Numbered from the stretch's first letter, positions 17,256 to 27,421 are shown. The stretch: 64,000 nt of DNA from an uncultured Chloroflexia bacterium (GCA_963725745.1 CAVRZS010000004.1:538576-602575); one strand, 5' to 3'. The notes: generated by a model from the letters alone, not told the origin. Program-made: numbers and translations.

Positions 17256-20031
17256 GTGAGCGCGTTCGCAGACACCGGATCCTCGGGCGTCCAGATCGAG
17301 GACGTCGCCGCGAGGGACCCTGTCCGGGACCCCTGGGCGGCCAATGTCCCGGAGGTCGTTGCCGCGCTCGGCTCCGACGGCGCCCGGGGCCTCGACCCCG
17401 ACGAGGCTCGGCGGCGCCTGTTCGCTGTCGGGCCGAACGAGCTCGCGGAGCGCGCCGCCAAGTCCGCGTGGCGCCTCCTAGCTGAGCAGTTCACGAACGC
17501 GATGATCCTGGTCCTGCTCGGGGCCGCCGCGATCACCGCGGCCATCGGCGACCTGAAGGACACGGCCCTCATCCTGGTCATCGTCGCGCTCAACGGGATC
17601 ATCGGATTCGTCCAGGAATACAGGGCGGAGCAGGCGATGGACGCGCTGAAGCGCATGACCAGTCCGTCAGCGCGGGTCATTCGTTCCGGCGTCACGAGCG
17701 TCCTCCCGGCGGCCGAGCTCGTCCCCGGCGACCTCGTGCGCCTCGACGCGGGGGATGTCGTGACGGCCGACATGCGCCTCGTCGAGGCTCGATCCCTCCG
17801 GATCAACGAGGCAGCCCTCACCGGCGAATCGGAACCGGCCAGCAAGATCACGGCCGAGCTTCCCGATGTCACACCCGCGGTCCTCGCCGACCAGCGGAAC
17901 ATGGCCTTCAGCGGCACCGCGGTGACCTATGGACGCGGCCTGGGCATCGTCGTGGCGACCGGGATGAAGACGGCACTGGGACGGGTCGCCGAACTCCTCG
18001 AGGAGCGCGGCAGCAGCCAGACGCCGCTCCAGCGACGGCTGTCGACCCTCGGCAAGCGACTGGCGGTCGCGGCCTTCCTGGTCTGCATCTTCGTGTTCAT
18101 CAGTGGCGTCGCCCGTGGCGAACCGGCCGACGTGATGTTCCTCGCGGCAGTGAGCCTCGCAGTCGCGGCTATCCCGGAGGGACTGCCGGCCGTCGTCACG
18201 ATCGCCCTGGCGCTGGGCGCCCGACGGATGGCCCGGCGACACGCCCTCGTTCGCAAGCTGCCGGCGGTCGAGACCCTCGGGTCGGTCACCGTGATCTGCA
18301 GCGACAAGACCGGCACCCTGACCCAGAACCGAATGCTCGCCGAACGGGTCTGGACCCCGAACGGCGACTATCGCGTGACCGGCGATGGCTACGCGCCGAC
18401 CGGACAACTCCATCCGGAGCCGGCGGCCGACGCCGCCCTGGGCCGACTCGCGCGCGTGGCCGCCGCCTGCAACGACGCATCGCTCCACGCCCCGGTCGCC
18501 AGCAATGAGCCGTGGACCATCAGCGGGGATCCGACTGAGGCTGCGCTCCTCGCACTCGCCGGAAAGCTCGAGGTGGATCTACAGCTGCTCTCCGCCGAAT
18601 ACCCGCGCGTCGAGGAGCTGACCTTCGATCCTCAGCGACGACGGATGGCGACCATCCACACGGGCGGTGCGAAGGTCTGGGTTGCTGTGAAGGGCGCCCT
18701 GGAGGCAATCGGACCCCTCCTCGATGCGACCGACGCCGGCCTGCTGCGGCAGGCGGAGCGCGTCGCCGAGCGTTACGCAGCCGACGGATACCGCGTGCTG
18801 GCGTTCGCGGAGCGCATGATCGACGACGTCCCCGCCCAGCTCGACGACGCCGAGCATGGTCTCCATCTTCTGGGCATCGTCGCGATGGCGGACCCGCCGC
18901 GTGAGGCCTCCGCCCCGTCAATCGCGGCCTGCCGTCTGGCGGGCATCACGCCGATCATGATCACCGGCGATCACCCCCTGACGGGCAACGCGATCGCGCG
19001 ACGGATCGGCGTCCTGCGCGACGGCAGACGCAGCCTGACCGGCGCCGAGCTCGAGGAGCTCGACGACGCCGCCTTCGAATTCGATCGTGGCCGATGTTGC
19101 CGTGTATGCGCGGACCAACCCCGAACAGAAGCTCCGCATCGTTGATGCCTGGCGACGCCGTGGCGCGATCGTCTCGATGACGGGCGACGGCGTGAACGAT
19201 GCACCAGCCCTGCGACGGGCCGACATCGGCGTCGCGATGGGCGTCACCGGGACCGAGGTGAGCAAGGAGGCGGCGGACATGATCCTCGCCGACGACGATT
19301 TCGCGACGATCGTCGCCGCCGTCGAGGAAGGCCGCCGGATCTACGACAACATCCGGCGCTTCGTGCGCTACCTCCTGACCACCAACTCCGCCGAGATCTG
19401 GGTGATGACGCTCGCCCCGTTCCTGGGCCTCCCGTTCCCACTCCTCGCCGTCCAGATCCTATGGGTCAACCTCATCACCGACGGGCTGCCGGCCCTCGCC
19501 TTGGGCGTGGAGCCGGCGGAGCGCGGGACGATGCGACGGCCGCCGCGGCCGCCGTCTGAATCGATCTTTGCCCGCGGCCTGTGGCAACACACGATCTGGG
19601 TCGGACTGTTGATGGCTTCCGCCGCGCTCGCGGTCCAGGGGTACGCGATCGGCGAGGGCTGGCCGTGGCAGACCATGGTCTTCGCCACCCTGGCCTTCCT
19701 GCAGCTCGGGCATGCCTTGGCCATCCGGTCGGAGACGGACAGCCTCTTCCGGCTCGGCCTCAGGTCGAACCTGCCGCTGACGATCGCCGTCGCTGCCACC
19801 TTCGTCGTGCAGATGGCCCTCATCTACCTGCCGGGCCTGCAGCCGATCTTCGGGACGGTCCCGCTGACCCTTCCCCAGCTGGCCCTCGTTCTGGTCGCCT
19901 CCACCGTTGGCTTCGCGGCGGTCGAGGTCGAGAAATGGGTCGGGCGCCGGAGGTCCGTGACGCGTCACGCGCCAACCGCGAGCGACACGGGAGGTTCAGA
20001 GATCCGGGCGGCGAGTCGCACGCCGTCGTGA
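17256..20031 (+). pseudogene. Cation-transporting P-type ATPase (type II, Ca2+/Mg2+-like), interrupted by a +1 frameshift near 19076-19087
   Basis: Track ORF 16875..19145 carries [20 protein letters not shown] and the N domain, and ends ...ELEELDDAAFEF followed by junk. Track ORF 19087..20031 continues (I)VADVAVYARTNPEQKLRIVDAWRRRGAIVSMTGDGVNDAPALRRADIGVAMG plus the C-terminal TM helices. The start is placed at GTG 17256 (VSAFADTGSS...DPWAANVPEVVAALGSDGARGLDPDEARRRL); the upstream part of the ORF is non-coding-like. Confidence 0.85.
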
Positions 20032-20077
20032 CCTTGCCACCGGTTGATTTCAGAGGCGGGTCCCCGAACGGGGCGGG

Positions 20078-21025
20078 TCAGGAACTAGAGGGTGGGCTCT
20101 GCCGCACCATAAGGACAGAGGCTCCCGAGTGCATGAGCACGTTTCGCGCCACGCTGCCGAGCAGCCATCGATCGAGGCCATGCAGGCAGCGCGAGCCGGT
20201 CACGACGAGGTCCACCTGGCGCTCGACGGCCGCGGCAATGATCGCCTGTGCCGCGTCCCCGGTCCGAACCTCCGCCTGGGCAGGAATTCCCCTGTCCGAG
20301 AGCCGTGCGGCCATCGCCGAGGCGTGCCGCTGATGCCGTTTCCGCAGTTCCTGCCGGTCGGGCTCGAGCGACAGGCTGCCGAGCGTGTACAGCCTCACCA
20401 TCAAATCGAAGGCTGCGGAATCGACCGGTGCGACGCTGAGGGCGATCGCTGATAGCCCGACGAAGGCCCCCCAGGCGGCCAGGGCGTCGGGAATGGACTC
20501 GGCGCACGGGGATCCGTCGGTTGCCACGAGCAGGCGAGACACGCCCGACCCTCGAGCGACCAGGACCGAACAGCTGGCCCGTTCGACGACCTCGGCAGAC
20601 ACGGAACCCAGCAACATCGACAAGATCGGGCCACGCCCGCGGGAGCCGAGCACGATCAGATCGGCAGCCAGGTCTGCCGCTGCCTCGACGATCACGGCCG
20701 CGGCGCGGCCACGGACGACGCGGCGATCGACGGACCAGCCGCGCCCGCCGAGGGGCGCGGCGAGGTCGGCCACGGTGGTGTCCGCGTCAAGGCGCACGCT
20801 TTCTTCGGCCTCGGCCAGCCGTGCCCCCCCAGAGGCCATCGGTTCGCCGAACCACGTGGCGGGAAGGTTGTATGCCGTGAGCAACGTCACGGACGACCCG
20901 ACCGGCAGCGATAGCGACGCGACCAGATCGCGTGCCTGGATCGATGACGACGAGCCATCGATCCCGAGGAGAATCCGCACCGCTCGCCTCCGATGAGATC
21001 GAACCCGGCTCAATGATCCACTCAT
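20078..21025 (-). CDS. Universal stress protein, tandem USP domains
   Basis: 315-aa track ORF. Domain one reads ILLGIDGSSSSIQARD...LIVLGSRGRGPILSMLLGSVSAEVVERASCSVLVAR. Domain two reads LLVATDGSPCAE...LVVTGSRCLHGLDRWLLGSVARNVLMHSGASVLMVR. The start could be GTG 20980. Confidence 0.85.
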   Translation of the reverse strand: MSGSLSRVRSHRRRAVRILLGIDGSSSSIQARDLVASLSLPVGSSVTLLTAYNLPATWFGEPMASGGARLAEAEESVRLDADTTVADLAAPLGGRGWSVDRRVVRGRAAAVIVEAAADLAADLIVLGSRGRGPILSMLLGSVSAEVVERASCSVLVARGSGVSRLLVATDGSPCAESIPDALAAWGAFVGLSAIALSVAPVDSAAFDLMVRLYTLGSLSLEPDRQELRKRHQRHASAMAARLSDRGIPAQAEVRTGDAAQAIIAAAVERQVDLVVTGSRCLHGLDRWLLGSVARNVLMHSGASVLMVRQSPPSSS

Positions 21026-21283
21026 CGACCCGCGCGGCGGCAGGGCTATTCGTCACCTTCGGCGATCGATGCAACCGCTATCAGGGGCCGCGGGACATCA
21101 GTCGCATAGCTCAGCGAGTAGAGCGGCCGCATTCTGACTGACGGTGCTTGTGCGGCGTGCTGCCGAGCGTGGGTGCCCTCCGGGCAAACGTCCATGTCAT
21201 ACCGCCATATTGGGCTCCGCTAGCGGTACGAATAGCGGTTCGGCACAGTAACGCCCCGGTCGCCCGCTGGCCCTCCCTCGAGG

Positions 21284-21580
21284 TCAGGCGCGGTGCGGAG
21301 CTGGGACCGAGACTGTTGTCACCGCGCGCATCGACTCGAGGTCGCGGAGGTCGGCCTCGTTGAGGGTGATGCGTTGCTCGAGGGTCCGGTCGAAAGCTTC
21401 CCGATCGAACGCCAGCGCCGGGTGGAGCCGCACCAACGTCGAGGCGAGCCATTCGAAGTGCTCATAGAGCCCCGGATTGACGTCGTCGGCCCGCACCCGG
21501 TCGACCCACTGGGCAAGCACGCCCCACCAGTTGTCGGCCCCGCCGAGGCCCTCCGCGACCAGCCGAGGGGCGGCGGTCAT
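21284..21580 (-). CDS. Hypothetical protein, translationally coupled to the upstream lipoprotein gene
   Basis: ATG 21580 overlaps the lipoprotein TGA (ATGA at 21577-21580). MTAAPRLVAEGLGGADNWWGVLAQWVDRVRADDVNPGLYEHFEWLASTLVRLHP shows protein-like composition. I recognise no family. Confidence 0.5.
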   Translation of the reverse strand: MTAAPRLVAEGLGGADNWWGVLAQWVDRVRADDVNPGLYEHFEWLASTLVRLHPALAFDREAFDRTLEQRITLNEADLRDLESMRAVTTVSVPAPHRA

Positions 21581-22152
21581 GGACACCCTGCACGGCAAAG
21601 GGCAGGCAGGTGGAGGTCGGACCGCACTCGATCCACCGCATCCGCCATCCTGCTCGTGGCGTCACGCCGATGCCTCGCCGCGATGTAGTAATCGGCCATT
21701 GACCCGGCGGCGAGAAGTGCCGACGCCTTGCGATTCCACGCTTGGAGCCGCATGACCTTCCGGATCAGACTATGCAGATCCGCCGCCGTGTCGGCAGGGA
21801 CGGCGACCTTCTTCAGGTCAGCTGCGAACTGGCCCCAGATCTCCGCTGCCGGCTTCGGGGATGACGCATCGAAAGCCTGGACATTGGCATCGGATGCTGC
21901 CAGGTACCCGGCCGCGGCTGCCGTCCGGAGCGCTTCAGGGTCGGGCGTGGGTGTCGGTTGTGGCGCGGCGGAAGCGGACGGCTCCGGGTCACCGGAGCTG
22001 GGTGGAGCCTCGACGCCGTTTGCGGCAGGCGCCGAGGCATCCACGTGCGCCACCGTACTGCTCGCGGGCGACGCCGGCGGCGAGGTGGGCGTCGTGCTCC
22101 CGCAGCCGGCGAGTAGACACGCGACGACGAACGCGATTGACGCCAGCTTCAT
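21577..22152 (-). CDS. Lipoprotein with a Pro/Ser/Thr-rich linker and a helical C-domain
   Basis: ATG 22152 is preceded by GAGGAG. MKLASIAFVVACLLAGCGS carries a lipobox (LAGC). Only the last 191 codons of track ORF 21577..23097 are used; the rest runs through the tRNA gene. Confidence 0.7.
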   Translation of the reverse strand: MKLASIAFVVACLLAGCGSTTPTSPPASPASSTVAHVDASAPAANGVEAPPSSGDPEPSASAAPQPTPTPDPEALRTAAAAGYLAASDANVQAFDASSPKPAAEIWGQFAADLKKVAVPADTAADLHSLIRKVMRLQAWNRKASALLAAGSMADYYIAARHRRDATSRMADAVDRVRSDLHLPALCRAGCP

Positions 22153-22335
22153 GTCGGACGGCTCCTCTCGTGACGGATGGGTCACCAGGTATGAGGGGGG
22201 AATCCGTCGAAACCGTTCATGCCGTGCGCGACCACCTGACGCTCGCCATGGAGGGGCGCGCGGCGGCGCGTATGGATCGGATCCTCGGCCGCGCCGCCGG
22301 ATCACGGCACGAACGGCGGTACGGCCCCAAAGCGA

Positions 22336-22362
22336 AGCCCCTCCGGGCGATCCGGAGGGGCT
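22336..22362 (-). terminator. Terminator-like hairpin 3' of tRNA-Gln (copy 2 of the repeated module)
   Basis: agcccctccgggcgatccggaggggct lies 18 nt downstream of the tRNA 3' end. On the minus strand it is followed by TCGCTTTGGGG. It shares the core and flank (ctcRttcgtgc) with 16368..16403. Confidence 0.5.
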
Positions 22363-22379
22363 CATTCGTGCGGGGAAAT

Positions 22380-22454
22380 TGGCTGGCGCGCCAGGATTCG
22401 AACCTGGAACCCCCTGATCCAGAGTCAGGTGCTCTACCGTTGAGCCACGCGCCA
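22380..22454 (-). tRNA. tRNA-Gln (anticodon CUG), CCA encoded
   Basis: The reverse complement folds by hand as TGGCGCG-TG-GCTC-AACGGTA-GAGC-A-CCTGA-CTCTGGA-TCAGG-GGGTT-CCAGG-TTCGAAT-CCTGG-CGCGCCA-G-CCA (75 nt). All four stems are perfectly paired, the T-loop is TTCGAAT, and the anticodon loop is CU-CUG-GA. Confidence 0.9.
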
Positions 22455-22537
22455 GCGGCCGGGCGGCATGATACCCCAAGGGGTCCAGACCCCGGGTACG
22501 CAAGGGCCATTGCGTCGATCGGGGATGTCGGCGAACG

Positions 22538-23200
22538 TTGCGTGGCCGTTCGACCGGCGGCGGGGGCAAACAGGGGACATATTTGGCCCGGCGATCCTTC
22601 GTTCTCTCCATGTTGATCGGCATGCTCGCGGCCGCCTGCGCGACCAGCGGGCCGCAGGCGACGAGCTCGAATATCCCGGCTCCCGTGGCCGTCACGTCAC
22701 CGCCGACCGCGGCACTGACGGCGACGGCCCAGCCGACCGACGCTCCGGCGACCAAGAAGCCGCGCAAGACGAAGAAGCCCAAGCCCACGCCCACGCCGGA
22801 GACCTGGACCCCGGCGTATCTCGCGCACGTCTGCGCCGCGATCGGGTACCTCTCGGATACGCAGCCGCACCTCGACGAGGCGGCGGCTCGAGTGAGCTCG
22901 CGCGAGTTCCCGAAGGCGCGGGCTGAGGCGTACGAGATCGTCTCCCTGTCCGTGCAGGCGACGGGCGAGATCAATGCCGCGCCGGCCTGGGCCCCTGGCA
23001 GCGATCTCAAGACCCTGCTCGCGACCTCGGCCAGCACGTTCGGCCACGGCGCGAGCCACCTGATCGACGGCATGGCCGCGATAGATTTCGACATCATCGG
23101 GGCGGCGCAAGCCGAGATGAGCGCCGGTCGAGACCAGCTGGCCCAGGCGCGGGCCGCCGTCGCCGGGCTCGCAGCGACCTACGGGCCCGCCGGCTGCTAG
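22538..23200 (+). CDS. Lipoprotein with a Pro/Thr/Lys-rich linker and a helical C-domain
   Basis: Track ORF of 220 aa. ARRSFVLSMLIGMLAAACATS is a lipoprotein signal (LAAAC). The true start is probably TTG 22583 or ATG 22610. The architecture parallels the divergent lipoprotein at 21577..22152. Confidence 0.65.
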   Translation: MRGRSTGGGGKQGTYLARRSFVLSMLIGMLAAACATSGPQATSSNIPAPVAVTSPPTAALTATAQPTDAPATKKPRKTKKPKPTPTPETWTPAYLAHVCAAIGYLSDTQPHLDEAAARVSSREFPKARAEAYEIVSLSVQATGEINAAPAWAPGSDLKTLLATSASTFGHGASHLIDGMAAIDFDIIGAAQAEMSAGRDQLAQARAAVAGLAATYGPAGC

Positions 23201-23223
23201 GACCTCCGTCGACGAGGACAACC

Positions 23224-23421
23224 ATGCGACACGGACCGGCCATCTTCGCGGCCATGTGGACGCTCGCCCTGATCGCGTTCGGCGGCTTCTTCGCAATCAT
23301 CGGGTTGGCGGTCACCGTGCTCGGAGGACCCGACACCTTTGCGATGTGGCTGCCCTTTGGCCTGCTCGTGATGGCCGTCGGCGTCGTCGCGCTCGCCGTC
23401 ATCTGGCGCAAGGCCCGCTGA
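23224..23421 (+). CDS. Small membrane protein (two predicted TM helices)
   Basis: 65-aa track ORF with GAGGA 5 nt upstream of the ATG. The sequences IFAAMWTLALIAFGGFFAIIGLAVTVLG and LPFGLLVMAVGVVALAVIW are hydrophobic. Confidence 0.5.
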   Translation: MRHGPAIFAAMWTLALIAFGGFFAIIGLAVTVLGGPDTFAMWLPFGLLVMAVGVVALAVIWRKAR

Positions 23422-23431
23422 GACGCAAACG

Positions 23432-23461
23432 AGCCGGGCGATCCCGAGGGACCGCCCGGCT
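23432..23461. terminator. Hairpin between convergent genes (possible bidirectional terminator)
   Basis: AGCCGGGCG-atcccgagggac-CGCCCGGCT has a 9-bp stem. It lies between the stop at 23421 (+) and the stop at 23476 (-). Confidence 0.4.
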
Positions 23462-23475
23462 GAGATGGACGAGGT

Positions 23476-24357
23476 TCAGGCGGCGACGGCCACCTCCTTG
23501 CCGATGACCACCGGCCGCGGGTCGGCCGGCAGGCCCAGCCGACCGCGGGTCGCCACCAGGACGACGATCGCGAGGGCCGCGAAGCCCGCGTAGACCATGA
23601 CCGGATCGACGCTCGGCGCGATGAGCGGCAGGAAGCCGGCACCGGCGGCGACGCCCAGGCCCGCGTGGTAGAGGCCGGCGATCGGCACGCTGCGGCCGCT
23701 CGCGTTGTAGATCCAGGTCAGCGTCATGCGGACCGGGATCGGCAGGACGAACAGCGCGACCAGGTAGAACGGGATGTTCTCGGGCGCGACGCGACCGGTC
23801 GTGACGCCGTCCGCGATGAACACGAGGGGCAGGTGGAGCGCGGCCTGCATCCAGGTCGTGACGACGCTGGCGCGGACCGGGCCGATGCGGCCCTGCAGGC
23901 GATGGAGCGCGAAGCCGGTCCAGGCGGCCTCCTCCCACCAGTTGATGAGCGCGAACGCGATAACCGCGCCGAGGACGGCGCTGATGGCGATGGACGGGTC
24001 GGAGACCAGGGCGACCACCGGGGCGGCGCCGGCCAGGACGAACGCTGCACCAAGCGCCGCTCCGGGCAGGGCGACGAAGGCGATGACGTACCAGCGCGGG
24101 CTGACGCGGAACCGGAACACCCGGCTCCGGAGCTCGCGCACGCCACTGCGGCCGTCGGCGAGGGCCGTGGTGACGAAGGCCGCGCCCACCAGTGACATGG
24201 CGGACAGGAGGATGAACGGGGCGGCGCCGGGGAGGTCGAGGTCGATGACCCCGATGCCCGCGGACGACAGGAGGGGGATGGCGAAGATGGCCGCGGTCGC
24301 CGTGTAGACGATCGCGAGGAAGGTGCGGATGGGATGACGTCGGGCGAAGGAGCGCAT
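23476..24357 (-). CDS. CPBP family intramembrane glutamic endopeptidase (CAAX protease/Abi-like)
   Basis: ATG 24357 gives MRSFARRHPIRTFLAIVY.... The protein is multi-TM and carries INWWEEAAWTGFALHRL (EExxxR-type motif 1) and a later YHAGLG (His motif). Confidence 0.8.
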   Translation of the reverse strand: MRSFARRHPIRTFLAIVYTATAAIFAIPLLSSAGIGVIDLDLPGAAPFILLSAMSLVGAAFVTTALADGRSGVRELRSRVFRFRVSPRWYVIAFVALPGAALGAAFVLAGAAPVVALVSDPSIAISAVLGAVIAFALINWWEEAAWTGFALHRLQGRIGPVRASVVTTWMQAALHLPLVFIADGVTTGRVAPENIPFYLVALFVLPIPVRMTLTWIYNASGRSVPIAGLYHAGLGVAAGAGFLPLIAPSVDPVMVYAGFAALAIVVLVATRGRLGLPADPRPVVIGKEVAVAA

Positions 24358-24564
24358 GGCGGATGGTGTTCCTTGACTTGTGCGGCTCGGGTGAGTCGCG
24401 ATGGCCACACTGTCCTTCGGCGACCCTTGCCACGTCGTCCACCACGCGTCTCGATCGGTCCGAGCGTTTTGACCTACCCGAAGGTGGCCACGCAATACCC
24501 GGGTATCGGTCCGGACCATCCCTGAGACGGATGCGAGCGCCGGCCCCGGCCGCTAGGGTTCGCG

Positions 24565-25752
24565 ATGACCATGGAATTCCTGTCGCGCGCCCGCGCCGCC
24601 CTGTCCGAGAACCCGCTGATTGTCGATACCGCGATCGCCGTGTTCCTTGCCGTGCTCTCGCTCCTGACGTACGCGAGCGCCTCGCCGGACGTCGGTCCGA
24701 CGAGCGCGGTCATCGTGGCCCTGCTGCTGCTCGAGAGCCTCCCGCTGATCGTGCGCCGCCGCTATCCCCTCGCGGTCATGGGGGTCATCTCGGGCGCCAC
24801 GATGGTGCACCTCGCGATCAACCCGCCCGGCGAGGCTGTCCAGGCAGGGCTGGGCATCCTCGTCGCGGTCTATACGGTTGGAGCGCGGCTCGACCGGCGC
24901 ACGTCGCTGACGGCCACGGCGTTGACCGGCGCCCTGATCGCCGTCGTCTTCATCGGTCGCGCGGGCATCGCCGTCGTATTCGCGTCGCTCGTGCAGACCG
25001 AGCTGATCTTCGTCCTTGCCTGGTTGCTCGGCGACGCGGCGCGGATCCGCGGCCTGTACGCGGGCACGCTCGAGGAGCGGGCACGGCTGCTGGAGCGCGA
25101 GCGTGACGAGCAGACCGAGCGTGCCGTCCGCGACGAGCGGGAGCGGATCGCGCGCGAGCTCCACGACGTCGTCACGCACCACGTGAGCGTGATGGTGATC
25201 CAGGCAGGCGGGGCGCGGCGGGTCATCGACAGGCGGCCCGACGAGGCGCGGTCGGCGCTCGACGCGATCGCGACCACCGGGCGGCTCGCGCTGACGGACA
25301 TGCGCCGGATGCTCGGCATCCTGGGCGAGCAGGAGGCCGCGGACCCGACGCCCGGGCTCGACCGCCTCGACGAGCTGCTCGACCAGCTCCGCTCGGCAGG
25401 CCTGGCGGTGGAGCTGGTGATCGAGGGCGAGCCGCGTGCCCTCGATCCGGGACTCGCCGTGTCGGCCTACCGGATCATCCAGGAGGCGCTGACGAACTCG
25501 CTCAAGCACGCGGGTGGGGGAACGGCCCGCGTCGTCGTCCGGTATGCCACGGATGCGCTCGAGATCACGGTCGAGGACGAGCGAGGCCCGGGTGCACCCA
25601 GCGTCGTCGAGCCACCGCACGAGGGCCGCGGACTGATCGGCATGCGGGAGCGGGCATTGATGCTCCGGGGGACGCTGGTCGCGCATCCGACGGCCGCCGG
25701 GTTCCTGGTCACGGCGCGCCTGCCCCTCAACGCGGCGGGATCCCCCGCATGA
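24565..25752 (+). CDS. Sensor histidine kinase, NarL-partner type (HisKA_3)
   Basis: 395-aa track ORF with N-terminal TM helices. ERERIARELHDVVTHHVSVMVIQAGGARR is the H-box, followed by the ATPase domain (AYRIIQEALTNSLKHAG...GRGLIGMRERA). The stop overlaps the RR start (ATGA at 25749). Confidence 0.9.
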   Translation: MTMEFLSRARAALSENPLIVDTAIAVFLAVLSLLTYASASPDVGPTSAVIVALLLLESLPLIVRRRYPLAVMGVISGATMVHLAINPPGEAVQAGLGILVAVYTVGARLDRRTSLTATALTGALIAVVFIGRAGIAVVFASLVQTELIFVLAWLLGDAARIRGLYAGTLEERARLLERERDEQTERAVRDERERIARELHDVVTHHVSVMVIQAGGARRVIDRRPDEARSALDAIATTGRLALTDMRRMLGILGEQEAADPTPGLDRLDELLDQLRSAGLAVELVIEGEPRALDPGLAVSAYRIIQEALTNSLKHAGGGTARVVVRYATDALEITVEDERGPGAPSVVEPPHEGRGLIGMRERALMLRGTLVAHPTAAGFLVTARLPLNAAGSPA

Positions 25753-26433
25753 GCATCCGGATCCTGCTGGTCGACGATCAGGAGCTCGTGCGGACGGGCT
25801 TCCGCGATGATTCTCGCCGACGAAGAGGGGATCGAGGTGGTGGGGGAGGCCGCGAACGGGCGCGAGGCGATCGACGCCGCGGCCCGGCACCGCCCCGACG
25901 TGGTCGTGATGGACATCCGGATGCCGGTCATGGACGGCGTCGAGGCGACCCGTCGGCTCACCGCGCCGGGTTCGGTGGACTCGCCGCGGGTCCTGGTGCT
26001 CACGACGTTTGACACCGACGAGCACGTCATCGAGGCGCTGCGCGCCGGCGCGAGCGGGTTCCTGCTCAAGGACGTGACGCCGGCCGACTTCGTCGCCGCG
26101 ATCCGGATCGTCGCCTCGGGCGAGGCGCTGATCGCCCCCTCGGTGACCCGCCGCCTGCTCGAGCGGTTCGTGCAGCTCGCCCCCTCCACCGACGCCCAGC
26201 GCGACCGCCAGCTCGGGCAGCTCACTGAGCGGGAGCGCGAGGTCCTGACGCTCGTCGCCCAGGGCCTGTCCAATCGCGAGATCGCCGACCGTCTGGTGCT
26301 CGCCGAGCCGACGGTCAAGACCCACGTGTCCCACCTGCTGCTCAAGCTCGATCTGCGCGATCGCGCCCAGCTCGTCGTGCTCGCATACGAAGCGGGGATC
26401 GTCCAGCCGGGGTCGGCCAGACCCGGGGCCTAG
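25749..26433 (+). pseudogene. NarL/LuxR-family response regulator, interrupted by a +1 frameshift near 25803-25807
   Basis: MSIRILLVDDQELVRTGFR (frame of 25749) continues as MILADEEGIEVVGEAANGREAIDAAARHRPDVVVMDIRMPVMDG...LTEREREVLTLVAQGLSNREIADRLVLAEPTVKTHVSHLLLKL in the frame of track ORF 25807..26433. The junction reads ttc cgc g atg att. Confidence 0.85.
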
Positions 26434-27356
26434 CCCAGTGAGAGCGGCAGCTGGCCCGGCGCGGGCACGAAAGCGCCGATCGGGATCGTCGCGTCCGGTC
26501 GCAGGCGAACTGGCCGCCGGTCCTCGATCCCGTGGCGTTCGCGCAGGCCCGCGACGCGCGCCTTGACCGGGCCCGCGACGTCCTTGCTGAGATAGGCGCT
26601 CGTCGCGTACAGCCGCTCATAGGTCGGGATGAGCGCCGGCCAGTCGCGCGCCAGGTGGTCGAGGAAGTGCTCGCGCGTGCCGGGCTTGAGATACAGCAGG
26701 TTCGCCCAGACGCCCGTCGCGCCGGCGTCGCGGGCGGCCCTCACGACGTCATCGAGGAGCTCCGGCCGGTCCGAGAGCCCGGGCAGGATCGGCGCCATCC
26801 CGACGCTGGCATTGATGCCGTGGTCGACCAGCTCCCGCAACGCCCGCAGCCGCTGGCGCGGCGGCGCGGTCCCGGGCTCGGTCAGGCGCCAGATCTCGTG
26901 GTCGAGCGTCGGCACCGAGAACGTGACCGACACGTCGGTCATTCGGGCGGCCTCGGTCAGCACGTCGAGGTCGCGCACGATCAGCGGGCCGCGGGTGATG
27001 ATCCCGAACGGCGTCGCGAACTCGTCGAACGCCTGGATCGCGCGGCGCGTCAGGCGCCAGCGTCCCTCGGCGGGCTGGTACGGATCGGTCGCCGTCCCGA
27101 CCGCCACCTGCTCGCGTCGCCAGCCCTTCCGAACCAGTTCGCGGCGGAGCACCTCGACCAGGTTGGTCTTGACCCGGATCGACGTGCCGTAGCGGTCGTC
27201 CGCGGGCCGGTCGGCGAGCGACTCGAACGCCCGGACGAAGCAGAACGTGCACCGGTGGGCGCAACCCATGTACGGATTGAGCGACCAGCGGAAGGACATG
27301 CCCTTCACGCGGTTGAGCGCGATCTTGCAGGGCTCCTCGCGATAGTCCGGCCGCAT
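26430..27356 (-). CDS. Radical SAM protein (SplB/DNA-photolyase-like, Rv2578c-type)
   Basis: 308-aa track ORF. NPYMGCAHRCTFCFVR is a CxxxCxxC cluster near the N-terminus, followed by TIM-barrel-like length and composition. Confidence 0.85.
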   Translation of the reverse strand: MRPDYREEPCKIALNRVKGMSFRWSLNPYMGCAHRCTFCFVRAFESLADRPADDRYGTSIRVKTNLVEVLRRELVRKGWRREQVAVGTATDPYQPAEGRWRLTRRAIQAFDEFATPFGIITRGPLIVRDLDVLTEAARMTDVSVTFSVPTLDHEIWRLTEPGTAPPRQRLRALRELVDHGINASVGMAPILPGLSDRPELLDDVVRAARDAGATGVWANLLYLKPGTREHFLDHLARDWPALIPTYERLYATSAYLSKDVAGPVKARVAGLRERHGIEDRRPVRLRPDATIPIGAFVPAPGQLPLSLG

Positions 27357-27421
27357 GGTTGGCGTAGATTAGAACATCCGTTCGAATCCCGCCACCCCCT
27401 GGCCGTCGTGCTCGATCGGAC

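Noticed and set aside
19076-19081. GAATTC (EcoRI site) lies exactly at two frameshift junctions (19076 in the P-type ATPase and 48164 in the GGDEF gene), suggesting a cloning or ligation artefact
   Set aside because: GAATTC also occurs in intact genes in the window (for example near 24573, 57808, 20285 and 1656), and the other frameshift junctions lack it. It is most likely coincidence.
21101-21140. tRNA-like stretch GTCGCATAGCTCAGCGAGTAGAGCGGCCGCATTCTGA (a D-arm-like GCTC...GAGC and an anticodon-loop-like ATTCTGA)
   Set aside because: The anticodon stem cannot pair (GCCGC versus CTGAC). No T-arm (GGTTCGAATCC-like) or acceptor 3' strand follows. At most it is a decayed tRNA 5' fragment, which is not supportable as a gene or as an integration scar without flanking repeats or an integrase.
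21577-23097. 506-aa minus-strand ORF
   Set aside because: Only the last 191 codons (the lipoprotein from ATG 22152, with its own SD and lipobox) are credible. The upstream part runs straight through the tRNA-Gln gene and is antisense to the lipoprotein gene at 22538..23200.
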